From: Octopus bimaculoides
Lineage: Eukaryota
Length of the DNA: 50,111 bases
Direction of reading: 5' to 3'
Assembly (NCBI RefSeq): GCF_001194135.2
Contig: NC_069002.1
Span: 34,882,919-34,933,029 of the forward strand
Shown: piece by piece, positions 37,201 to 50,111 of the stretch
Numbering within the stretch: position 1 is the first letter of the stretch
How the letters are laid out: every line of letters begins with the position of its first letter
Position numbers and translations under genes: made by a program
The notes under the pieces: model-generated
Told to the model about the DNA's origin: nothing
The model's input: the letters and a program-made list of their open reading frames with translations, nothing else
The model's database searches: none

Positions 37201-37788
37201 TAACATACATATAGATTATTAGTCTTATCAGAAAATATGACCATCTTTATATAAATATATTTGTGTGTGTATATATATATATAAAGACTGAGAGAAGCAG
37301 CTACATAGATAGATTTTATATTGGAGGGTGTGTGACAAATGCTGCTATTTGATCTTTTTATATATCCAATTATGTAAAATAAATATTCGGAAATATCTGA
37401 ATTTGTTAAAGTAATTCATGTGGTGATATTTAAGTAGTCAGCAGGATCTTGAGATTCGGAAGATTTTTTTTTCCATTTTTTTCGGAATAATATAGCTCGG
37501 AGGCTTTATGACCATTATATACGACTTTCACATTTCAAAAATATCTAATGGATATCTATGGAGTATAGCATTTTTATCACTGTACAAATATAGATGCTGA
37601 ATTATTTCGCTAATATTCCAGTATTTATGCTTCTGAAAGAAGCACTGAAGGTGGGTTTGTATCTCCCTTGCAGCCTATCGCTGTAATGGTTATGGCCTCT
37701 GCGTATTCATGCGAAATTGCTATTTAATTCCCATATAGTTCTTTCACCATACCCATAATACACATTCAAATACACACACACACACACA

Positions 37789-37833
<45 letters not shown>

Positions 37834-37948
37834 NNNNNNNNNNNNNNNNNNNNNNNNNNNNNNNNNNNNNNNNNNNNNNNNNNNNNNNNNNNNNNNNNNT
37901 ATGCTTGTGTCTAATTCATGAAAAAGTCTAACAAAAGTCAATCATAAT

Positions 37949-38030
37949 TACAGTAATCCCTCAACTGTCATAGCGTTGCGTTCCAAAACATTCAGTGATA
38001 GGCGAAAATCCGCGAGGAAGAAACAGTAGT
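37949..38030 (+). mobile_element. Solo terminus of a Tigger/pogo-like DNA transposon
   Basis: TA followed by cagtaatccctcaactgtcatagcgttgcgttccaaaac...gtgataggcgaaaatccgcga, resembling pogo/Tigger CAGT-starting termini; partner TIR not found. Confidence 0.45.
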
Positions 38031-38694
38031 GGACTGTATACATATTTTTTTTTTATTTTCATAATTTGTATATATATATATATTTTATTATAAATGCAAA
38101 ACAACACCACGGAGGTATCGACGTGAGCTTAAATTAAATTAAAGCTTTATTATTTTCATTTTATCAATATAGTTGATTATTTTCATTATCTATTAGTAAT
38201 CTTTAATTTGATCCTTTATCTTTATTCTGAAATACGCTAATTCATTATAATAATAATAATTATTATTATTATTGCATTTAAACAGAAATAAAAAAATATC
38301 AAAGTTTGCACACGCCCGCACACACACGTACACACACACTTTCATCTGCTTAAACTGTTGGAGTATTTCAAAATATCAAAAATGGAGAACTCTGTAATAT
38401 CCATTTTTCCCATGAAGATTTTCCTGCCTAGATAGTATTGCCAAAGATTTATGATTATACATGTTTTGAAATTAAAATTGGGTGCAAAATGAAACAATTC
38501 TAGCAATCTTAAATAATTAATAAATTCATTGATATCAAATGAATCTGTACATTTCCAAATTTATCAATAATATGTGATGGTTTATAATATATTTATAGAA
38601 GAAATATATATTCAAAATATATTAAACTAGGGTAACTTCGATTAACTATACCTATAAGGGGTTTTAATATTCTCATAGTTAAGATCTATATTCA

Positions 38695-38727
<33 letters not shown>

Positions 38728-38742
38728 CTATCTCTCTCTCTA
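38695..38742. repeat. (CTAT)n/(CT)n microsatellite
   Basis: Directly visible. Confidence 0.9.
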
Positions 38743-39209
38743 TAAATATATATAATCTGATAAGCAAAATACAAGATTATTATGTACTGCTGACAGTTTC
38801 CTATTTTGAGAAAAGCATCAATTATATACATCAGGCACAAACCACATGTCATAACGAAATAAATAATCAATGAGAGAAGAAACACGGAAAGCGGCCATTA
38901 AATATTTATTTCTCACCAGATGAAAAACTTACGTTTGTTCATTTTACAATCACGGAAAAGTACATTATATGCATACATATATATATATATATAGATAGAT
39001 AGATATAGATATATATATAAGCACATATGTATGTTTATGTTTATATAGACATGGACATAGACATACCAAGAACGACTATTTATGTGTTTGCGTGCGTAAA
39101 TATGTGTGTGTGTGCCCGTGTAAATGTGTGTGTGTCTATGTGTAGGCCGAGTATGTAAATGATTACGGATATTAGGGATGTATAAATAAACACAAGTAAT
39201 AAAAGCGTA

Positions 39210-39285
39210 GGAAAACTACCGGCGGCTCCAGCATGGTCGTATATCTTGACCTGAAATAGTAAGAAAAAGAAAAGTATAAGAAAAT
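39210..39285 (+). mobile_element. SINE 3'-tail fragment (same tail type as 34376)
   Basis: ggcggctccagcatggtcgtatatcttgacctgaaatagtaagaaaaagaaaag. Confidence 0.5.
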
Positions 39286-41823
39286 TCACAATATACGTAT
39301 AGTTTTATATATATNNNNNNNNNNNNNNNNNNNNNNNNNNNNNNNNNNNNNNNNNNNNNNNNNNNNNNNNNNNNNNNNNNNNNNNNNNNNNNNNNNNNNN
39401 NNNNNNNNNNNNNNTGGAAATTACTTGTGTAGGTACCGTCTTTGTTAGAATGTATCCAGAGGCAGGTAATGTATCATTTAAACCGCAGTATATAATTATG
39501 ATTAAGTGGAGAAAGAAGAAACACGTCAATTGGGCTAGTTAGCCATTGATTTAATTACGTGGGGATTGTATAGTGATTCATTTACGTTCGTTTCGATGTG
39601 CTAAATGGGTTGGCAGATCTTTTCAGAATGTTGAGAAGTATGTTTAATTTCATGGTGTGAGAGATGCAGGAATAACAGTTAGTGGATATAGTAATGCATA
39701 TAGTGGTATAAGAATAGAGTTAGGTAAAGATAGTCTTACATTATAGTTGAAGTTGTGTTAATAGTCTTTCTGCGAAGGAGAGGTAGGTTGAGTGCTGATC
39801 GCTGGAAGAGAATATGTAATCTTGAACCCGAATGCACCTACATGCCATTTAAACAACTTTACCATGCAGCTTTCTCACTGAAAATTCTAACAGATCTACG
39901 CAAACATATACATTTGTACATATGTAAACTCACGCAAACACACATATGTACATTCATACATACGTATATACATTTATTTATATANNNNNNNNNNNNNNNN
40001 NNNNNNNNNNNNNNNNNNNNNNNNNNNNNNNNNNNNNNNNNNNNNNNNNNNNNNNNNNNNNNNNNNNNNNNNNNNNNNNNNNNNNNNNNNNNNNNNNNNN
40101 NNNNNNNNNNNNNNNNNNNNNNNNNNNNNNNNNNNNNNNNNNNNNNNNNNNNNNNNNNNNNNNNNNNNNNNNNNNNNNNNNNNNNNNNNNNNNNNNNNNN
40201 NNNNNNNNNNNNNNNNNNNNNNNNNNNNNNNNNNNNNNNNNNNNNNNNNNNNNNNNNNNNNNNNNNNNNNNNNNNNNNNNNNNNNNNNNNNNNNNNNNNN
40301 NNNNNNNNNNNNNNNNNNNNNNNNNNNNNNNNNNNNNNNNNNNNNNNNNNNNNNNNNNNNNNNNNNNNNNNNNNNNNNNNNNNNNNNNNNNNNNNNNNNN
40401 NNNNNNNNNNNNNNNNNNNNNNNNNNNNNNNNNNNNNNNNNNNNNNNNNNNNNNNNNNNNNNNNNNNNNNNNNNNNNNNNNNNNNNNNNNNNNNNNNNNN
40501 ATATATATATATATATATATACGGCAATATTCTATTGAGAAGGAGGAGGAGGACGGAGGGGAGGATCATGAGGACGAGAACGAAGATCAGTTAACGATAA
40601 CGACAAATCGCTGATGTGAAGAAAAAGAACAAGATGGTGGTTATGATAATGATGATAGTGATGATGATATTGATGATGATGGTGGTGGTGGTGGTGAATT
40701 CTTACTGCATGTACGACCGTCTAGAGGATATATCGAGAAGAAATTAGAAAAACTTCGGGATATTAGGTGAAGTATCGATTATGAACAAAGCGACGTGAAA
40801 TGCTACTATATATAAAAGGTATAAAATGAAGTTTGTCAATAGAAGAACTACACCCTGTGGCCTCACAATGTAGTCCGTATATTCCAGGTGTACTCTGACA
40901 ACCACGGGCGTCGTTGGCCGCGCATGTACGTGGCCTTTCTTTGTGTAGGCTTTTCATCCGTGTCAATTCTCCCAATCTCTAAATATTTTAACTTTACTGG
41001 AATGCAGATATTCTCCGCAACTCAAGTCTTCTCCAAGTGGCATTGCAATAAAATCATAGAGGTTTGGCAGGTATGTAAAGCGGTTGTCCTCAGAACTTGC
41101 AAATTTGTTCATTTGTAAATATTAAGTACTGGTACGTTTGATAAACCTATAACATCAACTATGAAACGCTTGATACCATTCCCGATGGATTATCCTTGTC
41201 GGAGAATAAGGGCATACCATAATAGACACGCAAAACAACATTACGAACATGAAAACTTATATGTTCAGTTCAGTCCACTCGAATCGCCATACTGAACACC
41301 TGTTCCACAAGTTCACAAAATAAAGTAACCACCTTCACACAAAGAATATATCATATTTCTTGAAACATCATCAACAATATCAAATAAAATATAGTGCTAC
41401 TACATGTCTGCACCTCGACTTAACAAAAATAAAAAATGCTTCTATACAGGCAATTTGTCACTACAATGATATATATTATATGTTTATTAATATTAAATTT
41501 TTCAATACTTTTCAGTTGTAACGTCAGTTATAATATTTGATGTAATTTATAACAGTATTTTCATATCAGTTTTAATTCATAAATATACTTCATATTTGAG
41601 ATTTAGTAAGCCTTATTCCTTCGACATATATTACTGCGAACTTCTGTATATGCAATAATTTGAGTTCTTTCTCATAAAGAGATAGACGATACACATACAT
41701 TATTAATTAACATTTCAGTGAAAACAGATTAATACACATTCATACATAAATATGTGTGAGTGACTGTGTGTATACTTACATATAAATATATATATATATA
41801 TATACACAAACACTTACATATCA

Positions 41824-41861
<38 letters not shown>

Positions 41862-43577
41862 TCTGTGTCCGCGCGTATATATGTGAGAGTTTGTGTGTGT
41901 GTTTGGGTGTGTGATTGTGTGTGTATGTGTGTGGATGTTTCTGTGTGTAGTCTTCGACAACGTACGTAAATGTAAAAGTCGTTGACGTATATTTAACATC
42001 ACAATGTACATATGTTACAATGATTTAGTAATTATATAGTTTTCTTCAAACGGGGAGAGCTACCGAAAGAAAGTTAAAGCTATCGTTGTATACTGCCAAC
42101 GTTCTAATTAAATATACGTTTGGCTAGAATTCACTTATGTCTGAATTCATAAATAGTGTTATCTGCTGATATATATGCAAGCATCTGTATACATGCATGT
42201 GATATACCTGTGTGTAAAACTTGGTCACGTGTATTTATATGAATATATACAGTGTGTGTGTCTAGAAATGCCCCTTCACACACACATATATATATAATTG
42301 TAAATCCATATATATTCATAATACATAAATATATACATGCATATGAATGTTTAATTATACATCCATAAATATACTTATATACTTCTACGTCTGTGCGTAT
42401 GTTTGTGTTTGTGTGTGTGTGTATGTGTAACTGAGTGAGTGCGCATGTACAAACGTTACGCTACATTTGCTCTTCTCATATTGTTTCCATATGTAAATGT
42501 ATTTTAATCCAATACGTCGTATTTATGAAGGATAACTCGTTTTATATAATTACCTATGAAATATATCATTAAAAGGAGATGATGGTGATGATGGTGATCA
42601 TGATTAAATGATGATGATGATTATAATAATAATAATAATCTGATAACTGTTCAAAGTAACTGAAAAAATTGTCATAGAAAATACATACAAATATGAAGAA
42701 AATGTTCCTTTTCGTTTATATTCTTGTAGAAATCTATAAAATAATATTGTTAGGATATGGAGCTTTGCAAACGCTTTTGTCTGTAGACTCATTCGCGGTT
42801 TTTACAATTGTATTGAAGCCATCCAATTCAATAAATATTCGGCGTCTTCCAGACTCTTTCTGATTTCCTTAGTTCGTTATTTCTTCCAGCGATTTACCAA
42901 TATTTTAGGCTACTTATTTCCAAGAATCTTTCAAGTCGATTCCAATAAATCGTATTACTTCTTAAAGCACGACACGAATCTATTTACTTATATATTCTTA
43001 TATTCGTTTATTCTTTTATTCACTATATTTCCTATTCATTTACTTGTGATTTATGTTTGTGACATTCCATTGATAAAAACAAATATGAAAGCAACTATAA
43101 ATATAAAAATCTTACTAGAATTTCCAGATTTACAAAACTCACCGAATCAATATGTACCACAAACAAATATGACAAACATATGCAAGATGCTGAGGTCAAT
43201 GTGTATTCTAAAGAAAAAACAAAATGAAGATCAAATAAACATTTCTAAAATTATATATCTAGCTGTAAGCACACCCTGAACAGAGTATAATCAAGTTTAG
43301 GCGAAAAATAGTTATGGCCTTTTTTGTCTATAATAATGAAACTCAAGAGAAGACAGTCCTCAGTTCGCTGGCCGTTTCGGACTTTGAGATGTGCATGATA
43401 GTTATGTAATGTAAATATGCTATGTTCTCTATTTATCTGTAGCACAGCATAATTGATCGTCGGCAGCGGGTATTGCTTGGTATTATGTGTAATCAATTTG
43501 CGATCCTGAGCAGACATGAAGACTCAATCGGCTGTCCGAATGTTGGAGACGTGAATACACCAAGATATGGCAGCTGA

Positions 43578-43745
43578 TGAGAAAGAGAGAGAGTGTGTGT
43601 GTGTGTGTGTGGTGGTGGGGGATGAGAGGGAGAGAGCAGGAAAGAAAGAAACAAGCAAAGAGAGAGCGATAGAGACTGACAGATAAACAGATAGAGAGAT
43701 CAAAGATCGAAGAAAGAGGGTGAGAGCGAAAGAGAGAGAGAGAGA
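43578..43745. repeat. (GA)n-rich polypurine tract with (GT)n
   Basis: Directly visible. Confidence 0.85.
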
Positions 43746-45620
43746 TGGACCCTTGTGTTGGATCTCATCTACAGTAGAGCAGCCTGAAACAAATTGACTT
43801 AAGAAGGCTACGGGCCACCCATCCCGAAATTGAATACTCCGTCTTCTGATCGTCAATGCAACATCGTAAAATGTGGTTACATTTTCGATATAGGCCATTG
43901 AAGCTGAGCTTTCAGATAAGATACTGACGAATATGCGCAAGAGTGACTCATTAATTTGTCATCAACTATGTTTTGTACAGATTCCTACTGTTTTACTTGG
44001 GCAGATGCAGGCCAACCAAACTTTCATACCTAACATTTAGTCGACAGAAAATGCTTGGAAGCTGATTCTTGGAGCCGTACATCTTCACTACTTTTTTTCT
44101 TCAACTGTAATATGGTTCAACTGCACCACCTGGCGTATTATTTAATCTTAGCGGAGTAAAAAGTGTTGAAAAGAATGCAGGCCCATCTACCCATTCTCAG
44201 GATAATGCCCAATATTTTCTTCAGCCCAGTTATGAAAATTCATACAATTTATCATGGAAGATAATGTTTTATATATATTAAAAAAAGTGAACCTTTAAGT
44301 GAATACAGACTGAATTGAGTTCATAAGAAGAGATATTGCGCTCTGTGTTTGAGTAAGGCGTTGTAAAACTTGAACTGAAAAGCGGAATTTGTAAAGAGCG
44401 ATGTCAGACTATCCTGAATGGGTTTGATATAGGAAACAAATTGGATACTTATCCACTTGTTGAATTTTCCGGTTGGAGCAATGGTAGGTGCAGAGGCAAC
44501 AAGATGCATGTACCTTTTGTAATTGTGGCTCCGAACTCTCAATAACGAATTTAATTAAGGCATAATGACGGACGATTATTTCAAGATATATTAAGGTATG
44601 TCATTAGCTAAAATTTGCAGAAAGTTGTTATCACTTCAATTACAAACAAAACATAGATGGATTTTAGGTGAAGTATTTCAATTTAGATGCCTTCTGATTT
44701 GATTGAGAAAATAATGTGTGTAGAAGACAGCGCAGCTGAAAATTGCAACATTCTATTCTACAATCATTAAATTCTGCAATAAGAGATATTACCATGTACA
44801 TACGCTCTCTTCTTCCCTCCAAGGCAAAGAATATGTTTCGGCGACACTTTACAGGCCTCGCATAAAATGAAGTCCCACTAAGTCTAAAACGAGAAATTAG
44901 GCTGTCCACCGAAATGATTCCTATATCAACCCCGAAGTGAAACAAGGTTAAAAGCAATGCATGTTAAGTATGTAATACATAACATCATCTTCTATCTACT
45001 TATGTATTTATGCACACACACATACGCACGCGCTTATACATATGCATGTCTCTATCTATCTCTCAATCTATCTGTCTATCTATCTATCTATCTATTTATC
45101 TATCTATCTATTTTTAGGATGTATGTATGTATTTATCTATCCATGTGTATATACATATATANNNNNNNNNNNNNNNNNNNNNNNNNNNNNNNNNNNNNNN
45201 NNNNNNNNNNNNNNNNNNNNNATATATATATATATATATATAAATCAGGCATGTTTTTTTAATAAGTCGTTAACCATTTTATTATTAGTTAACTCACAGT
45301 TCTCTTCAAATCCGTTAAGAATGGTGCATCACTTGGAAAGATGCGATGACTTATTCCGTTCTCTCACACATGAATAACCTTCATAGGCAATAACATTGCC
45401 AAAGGACCACTTAACTACGGTCAGCATTGTTTTGCTGAAGAAATAAAAGAAATATAAAAACATGGCTAGGATATCCCATCACTAATATTTGTAGGATAAC
45501 CATCACCAATATTTGTATCCATTTTAATTTCATCAGTATATGCTTTCCAGGTTCCAGTTACGTCCTTGGCTTTCCGTGACAAAATTAAATATCTTAACCT
45601 TCACGATCGATTCTATACAT

Positions 45621-45764
45621 ATTGGTTTCAGATTTAGTCTCAAGGTCAGCAATTTCAGGTGAGGTTTAAGGCTATTCCATCAACTCACGTGTTCAACTGG
45701 TACTTATCTTATTGTCCGCGTATATATATATATATATATAATTTTATTAGACAACTTTGAATTT
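45621..45764 (-). mobile_element. SINE family A, 3' part, interrupted by (TA)n
   Basis: The reverse complement reads gacaataagataagtaccagttgaacacgtgagttgatggaatagcc...aaattgctgaccttgagactaaatctgaaaccaat. Confidence 0.65.
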
Positions 45765-46292
45765 ACATCAGGTGAAGGAGGGTTGCCTAATACTTTAGGG
45801 AACAAATATACGCATTTACTTCGTTCAGTTTTACCTCAACTGTATATTGTAGGCTAACAGAGATTGATTGATGAGTTTAGGAGATGTTTTTTGTAGTATG
45901 ATCTGAATAATTTTTCACCACTTTATTTAATGTAATTAAATTCCAATAAACTATATATGTTCAAGTTCGATAATTCAAAACTATCAAATTATATGAATAA
46001 GTTATTTAATGCCTATTATAGTGAATGAGGTGACAAAACATTTTCTTTGTTTAAAAGAAAATAACTAGTCAATTTTGGAGACTCGTAAAAAAAACGGTAC
46101 CTACTTTTAAGATATTAGTAATTAATCTTTCGAAGTTATACGGTCATGTAATACTATAGCAAGTGTTTGAGCTTAGACTGTATGGAAACTAAAGCAGCTG
46201 AAGCGGAGAGGACAAGTTAGCCATTCACACATAATCATCAACTTTAGTTCAAACTTTCTTTGTAATATGGTGTCTAAACTTACGTCGCCCGA

Positions 46293-46325
46293 AACTGCGA
46301 CCTGTTCACTGAACAGGTCGCAGTT
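46293..46325. other. Perfect 33-bp palindrome (16-bp arms, 1-nt centre)
   Basis: aactgcgacctgttca-c-tgaacaggtcgcagtt. Confidence 0.97.
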
Positions 46326-46899
46326 ATGAATGGCTAAGTTATGTTATTCATGCTGCAATCTCTTTCAATGTTAATTAACAGAACTAGAGAAGAGTGTGCC
46401 AGTGCTTTGTTGGCAGGCAAAAGGCAATGTTCTTATATGATTTGATCCATTGTTTCATTGTTTGTAGCAGAGTACGGTATATTTTAGCATATTTTGTCAA
46501 ATAATTAGCGTGCCAACAAAAAAATTATTTCACGAAATATGAATAATTCCGAACTCGTCCGTAGTTATAAATAAAATTACACAAGATTGACAGCGCAGAA
46601 CTGTAGCAATGACAGTTTTAAAATTAACTATGATGTACTTAAATGGAATACAACTGATAAAATCTTTATATGTTGAAATGTTCATTATCTTTTGTAGAAA
46701 AGTAATAAAACGTAGCGTTAAGAAAATATCGCATTACAAAATTAAAAAAAAAACCTGTTGTTAAAGTCAATTTTAGAGCTTAGAGGAAACATCTTATCTT
46801 TGCTTGAAGAGAAAAGATTATCAGCATTGCCGGTTAAATAATATGAACATGTTTACTTTGTTGCTTTATTTTTTGTATGTGAATGTGTGAGAAAAAGAT

Positions 46900-46955
46900 T
46901 GTGTCACAACTCCATGGTTCCTAGTTCAGTCACCCTGTGTGATTCCTTGAACAAA
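46900..46955 (+). mobile_element. Fragment of a CORE-like SINE
   Basis: ccatggttcctagttcagtcaccctgtgtgattccttgaacaa resembles B-box + CORE (ggttcagtcccactgcgtggcaccttgggcaag). Confidence 0.4.
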
Positions 46956-49214
46956 TCTGAGAGAGTCAACACATCACACATCCTCGTAATTTCCGAACCA
47001 AATTTTGAATTTTAAGTTATTAACACATCTGAAGAAAACAGTGTTGTTTTTTCCATGTTCTAATCATGTTATTAAAAAAAAAAACTAGCACAAAATCTCA
47101 TATGAACGAAATATAGTGAACTTCAACCCATTTGTATTCTTTATATATACAAGAGTGTCTGTGTGTGCGTGTTTGTGCATGTATGTATATATATGTATAC
47201 GAATATAGGGTTATCTACTTATTTGTCAATCTGTTTATATGTTTGTAGTAAAATTATTTTCCATTGGCATAGTGGTCTTCCATTTATACGTGTTGTGGCG
47301 TGTGTACAGCTAATCATGTTGCCTCCTGCATAAATACATGCTTCATCATCTCCACAGGAAAAAGAGGTGAAAACCCGAACAATAGTGAATGGCTAGACCT
47401 AAGAGATGTAAGAGGTCTTTTTCGTCTCTATGAAGAGAAAACCACGAGGAAATTTTGGATAAAGCCACATTATGAAATTTATTGCGAGGCTGCGTGATTA
47501 TTCAAGCCGTCGGTATTTCGTTTATTACCTTTTTACCAGCTAAATATAAGTTCGGTATATTTTATATATGGCTGTAACACCATGTACAGAAAGACCTTAC
47601 CTTCCTCTCTGCAACTCGTATATATTTTCTTTCATATAATGAACCTATGCTACCTTTATGTGTTTGATCTTTGCTAGTATGTTTACCATGTATTTTGGTT
47701 TCCTCAAACTACCAGTGCCTATATAAATAAATTGCTTTTTTATCCTTTTATATGCCTTCTGAACTTTACATTGTATATGACTTTGTATATGACTATAGAT
47801 ATGACTTCGATCCATCATACACCTCAGCACTCATGATAATTGGTGTTAATTTGGTATCATCATCTCATTAGGAATTCGTTTCGCATTAAAAGTTACCGCT
47901 ACTCCTATATACTGTTTATAGATATATAAGTATATATTTCAGTATGTGATATACAAGTATGTGTGTCTATGTGTATATATACATGTATATATACGTTTAG
48001 ATATTCGTTTTGCAAGATTCACAAATAAGAAGGAAGAAAGCAAAGGACCACTGATTAGTTTGCATGCGTGTGTATATATATATTGGCGTTGTAAAGGAGC
48101 TTAGAAATTCTGAAAATTAATGAAAAATTACGATAAAGACAATGATTATTAGCAACTTATAACGAAAGGGTCAAATATAATGTTATGTGGGCAGAAGCTT
48201 GAAAACGTAAAATAATTCAAGTATTTACAATAGATAATAATTCAGGGAGATCGTCCTGTAAAACAAATTACTTGAATAACAAAGGCCAAAACGACATTTA
48301 TAAGAATCCAAATGATTTCAAATGATATAACATTACATCTAAAAATTAGGCTATCAAATAGTAATATCATAGTAATTGTACTCCACGGAAGAGAAACATG
48401 CGAAAAGCGGTAATATTATAAATTGTCACGTCATATGCTATATCGTTCCTGAGCGTGTAATTACACATTCTGACATCCCCAATGATACACAAAATAGGCA
48501 AAATACAAAAACAATATATTCGGAGTTTTACAAAACATACAAAAATATACGAGTGGTCATGTATACCTGTCTTCGATTGAGAACGGCAGCATTCTGGAAT
48601 AACATATTCTGTACGGAATTAAATAGAAATAACTCAATAATATATACACCCACCATAAATTTAAGAATAAATTTTGTAGGAAAAAATTCAATATGGTTTT
48701 ATTTTAGATTCTGGGTATGAGGTTTATGAGGTTGGAAAAGCAGTAAAATATTACAGTAAAAATTGAAATGTATAGCGAATTGTCATGTACCGCTAAGGAA
48801 TATGATTCAAAAAGTGGTACTTCTTGAATCAAGTGTATGATTTGGATCGGTAAAAATAAGGCATCAAATTGTGCAAAAATTCCAATTCCAGAAAATATTT
48901 TCTTTTTATGCAAAAAAGTTTTTATCTTGCATTTACTTTTTGATTGACTCATGGAATTATTCTTTTCCTGTTTTTGAATATTTGATTATGTTTCTGTTTT
49001 TTTTGTTCTTTTTTCAAAATTTTTGAAAAGATTTCCTGTTTGGATCATGACAGAATTACGTAACAACGAAGAAAAATGGAAATATTAGTAAGTGTTTATG
49101 AGATTCATCCAAAATTCCAAAATTCGCTTAGATATGGCCACATAAAAGTATTTAATCACACAGAGAAGGCAACGGTATTTTTTTTTTCGTTTCAATAGCT
49201 CACATACGTATTGC

Positions 49215-49427
49215 TGCGTATATAATATATCTGTGTGTGTGTATACATATATCCATATATATTTGTATATATCTGTGCATGTGTATATATGCGTATATAT
49301 TTATATGTATATATGTGTGTGTATATATGAATATATATTTGTATGTATATATATTTGTATATATATACATTCATATATATATATATTTAAATATATGTGA
49401 GTATATATATATACATATCTATATATA

Positions 49428-49465
<38 letters not shown>

Positions 49466-49616
49466 ACAGAGCACNNNNNNNNNNNNNNNNNNNNNNNNNN
49501 NNNNNNNNNNNNNNNNNNNNNNNNNNNNNNNNNNNNNNNNNNNNNNNNNNNNNNNNNNNNNNNNNNNNNNNNNNNNNNNNNNNNNNNNNNNNNNNNNNNN
49601 NNNNNNNNNNNNNNNN

Positions 49617-49660
<44 letters not shown>

Positions 49661-49700
49661 ACGCACACGCACACGCGCGCGTATCTATATATATATATAT
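49215..49700. repeat. Extended degenerate (TA)/(TG)/(CA)/(CACG) microsatellite region spanning a gap
   Basis: Directly visible. Confidence 0.9.
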
Positions 49701-50078
49701 TCTGTAAGTGTCTGTGTGTAGATGGTGAACCTTATAAAGGGAAAGGAAGTCAAACAAGTTTCATGCTGTACAGAAAAAGAAATGAAAACAAAAATGTACG
49801 ATACATTGCAAAACAAAAATAAATGCTGCTGAAAACACGTAAACAAGCTCCTGAGGCGTTGTTCGATAAAGATGCAAGAATTCATGATTTAAAACATTTC
49901 TTCCAGGGAGAAATGACGATGAGAAAATTCAGAATAGCCTACAGGAATGTCACATATATTTCATCCCCTCCGTAATTGCGTATTCTTCAACCCCTCCAGA
50001 AAATATGAAGGCGCATGTATACGTATATACGCACACAAACTAACACATAAACGTATATGGATTAAGTGTCTATACACA

Positions 50079-50111
<33 letters not shown>

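Larger units (their letters stand above)
3743..49616. other. Twelve assembly gaps: 3743-3985, 16755-16769, 19386-19960, 21447-21456, 21851-21860, 23055-23099, 25156-25282, 37834-37899, 39315-39414, 39985-40500, 45162-45221, 49475-49616
   Basis: N runs, almost all flanked by (TA)n or (CA)n, as expected from short-read assembly breaking at dinucleotide repeats. Confidence 0.97.

Noticed and set aside
43251-43517. 88-aa ORF MSAQDRKLITH…
   Set aside because: No recognisable homology; length is within chance expectation.
44806-44880. Minus-strand peptide WDFILCEACKVSPKHILCLGG resembling a PHD-finger segment
   Set aside because: Only three Cys and one His with non-canonical spacing, an in-frame stop immediately upstream and no neighbouring exon support.

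Overview
AT-rich eukaryotic (animal) non-coding DNA, probably intronic or intergenic, from a short-read assembly with 12 N-gaps, nearly all abutting (TA)n or (CA)n tracts. The microsatellite density and the SINE families present resemble what I know of Octopus genomes; this is an inference and not a database match. I found no intact protein-coding gene, rRNA, true tRNA or CRISPR array. Most entries in the ORF track are microsatellite or N-run artefacts. Supported content: (i) about 15 copies of one tRNA-like SINE family (here family A) and two young copies of a tRNA-Arg-headed SINE (family B) in inverted orientation; (ii) two decayed mariner transposase fossils and a two-copy mariner MITE that keeps the transposase C-terminal codons; (iii) non-LTR retroelement fossils of RTE, R4/Dong, CR1-like and Penelope-like type. 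The most unusual structures are a ~630-bp foldback palindrome (22.3-22.95 kb), a local ~200-bp duplication preserving both the filled and the empty site of a SINE insertion, and a perfect 33-bp palindrome at 46.3 kb. I cannot support a new biological system from the sequence alone.
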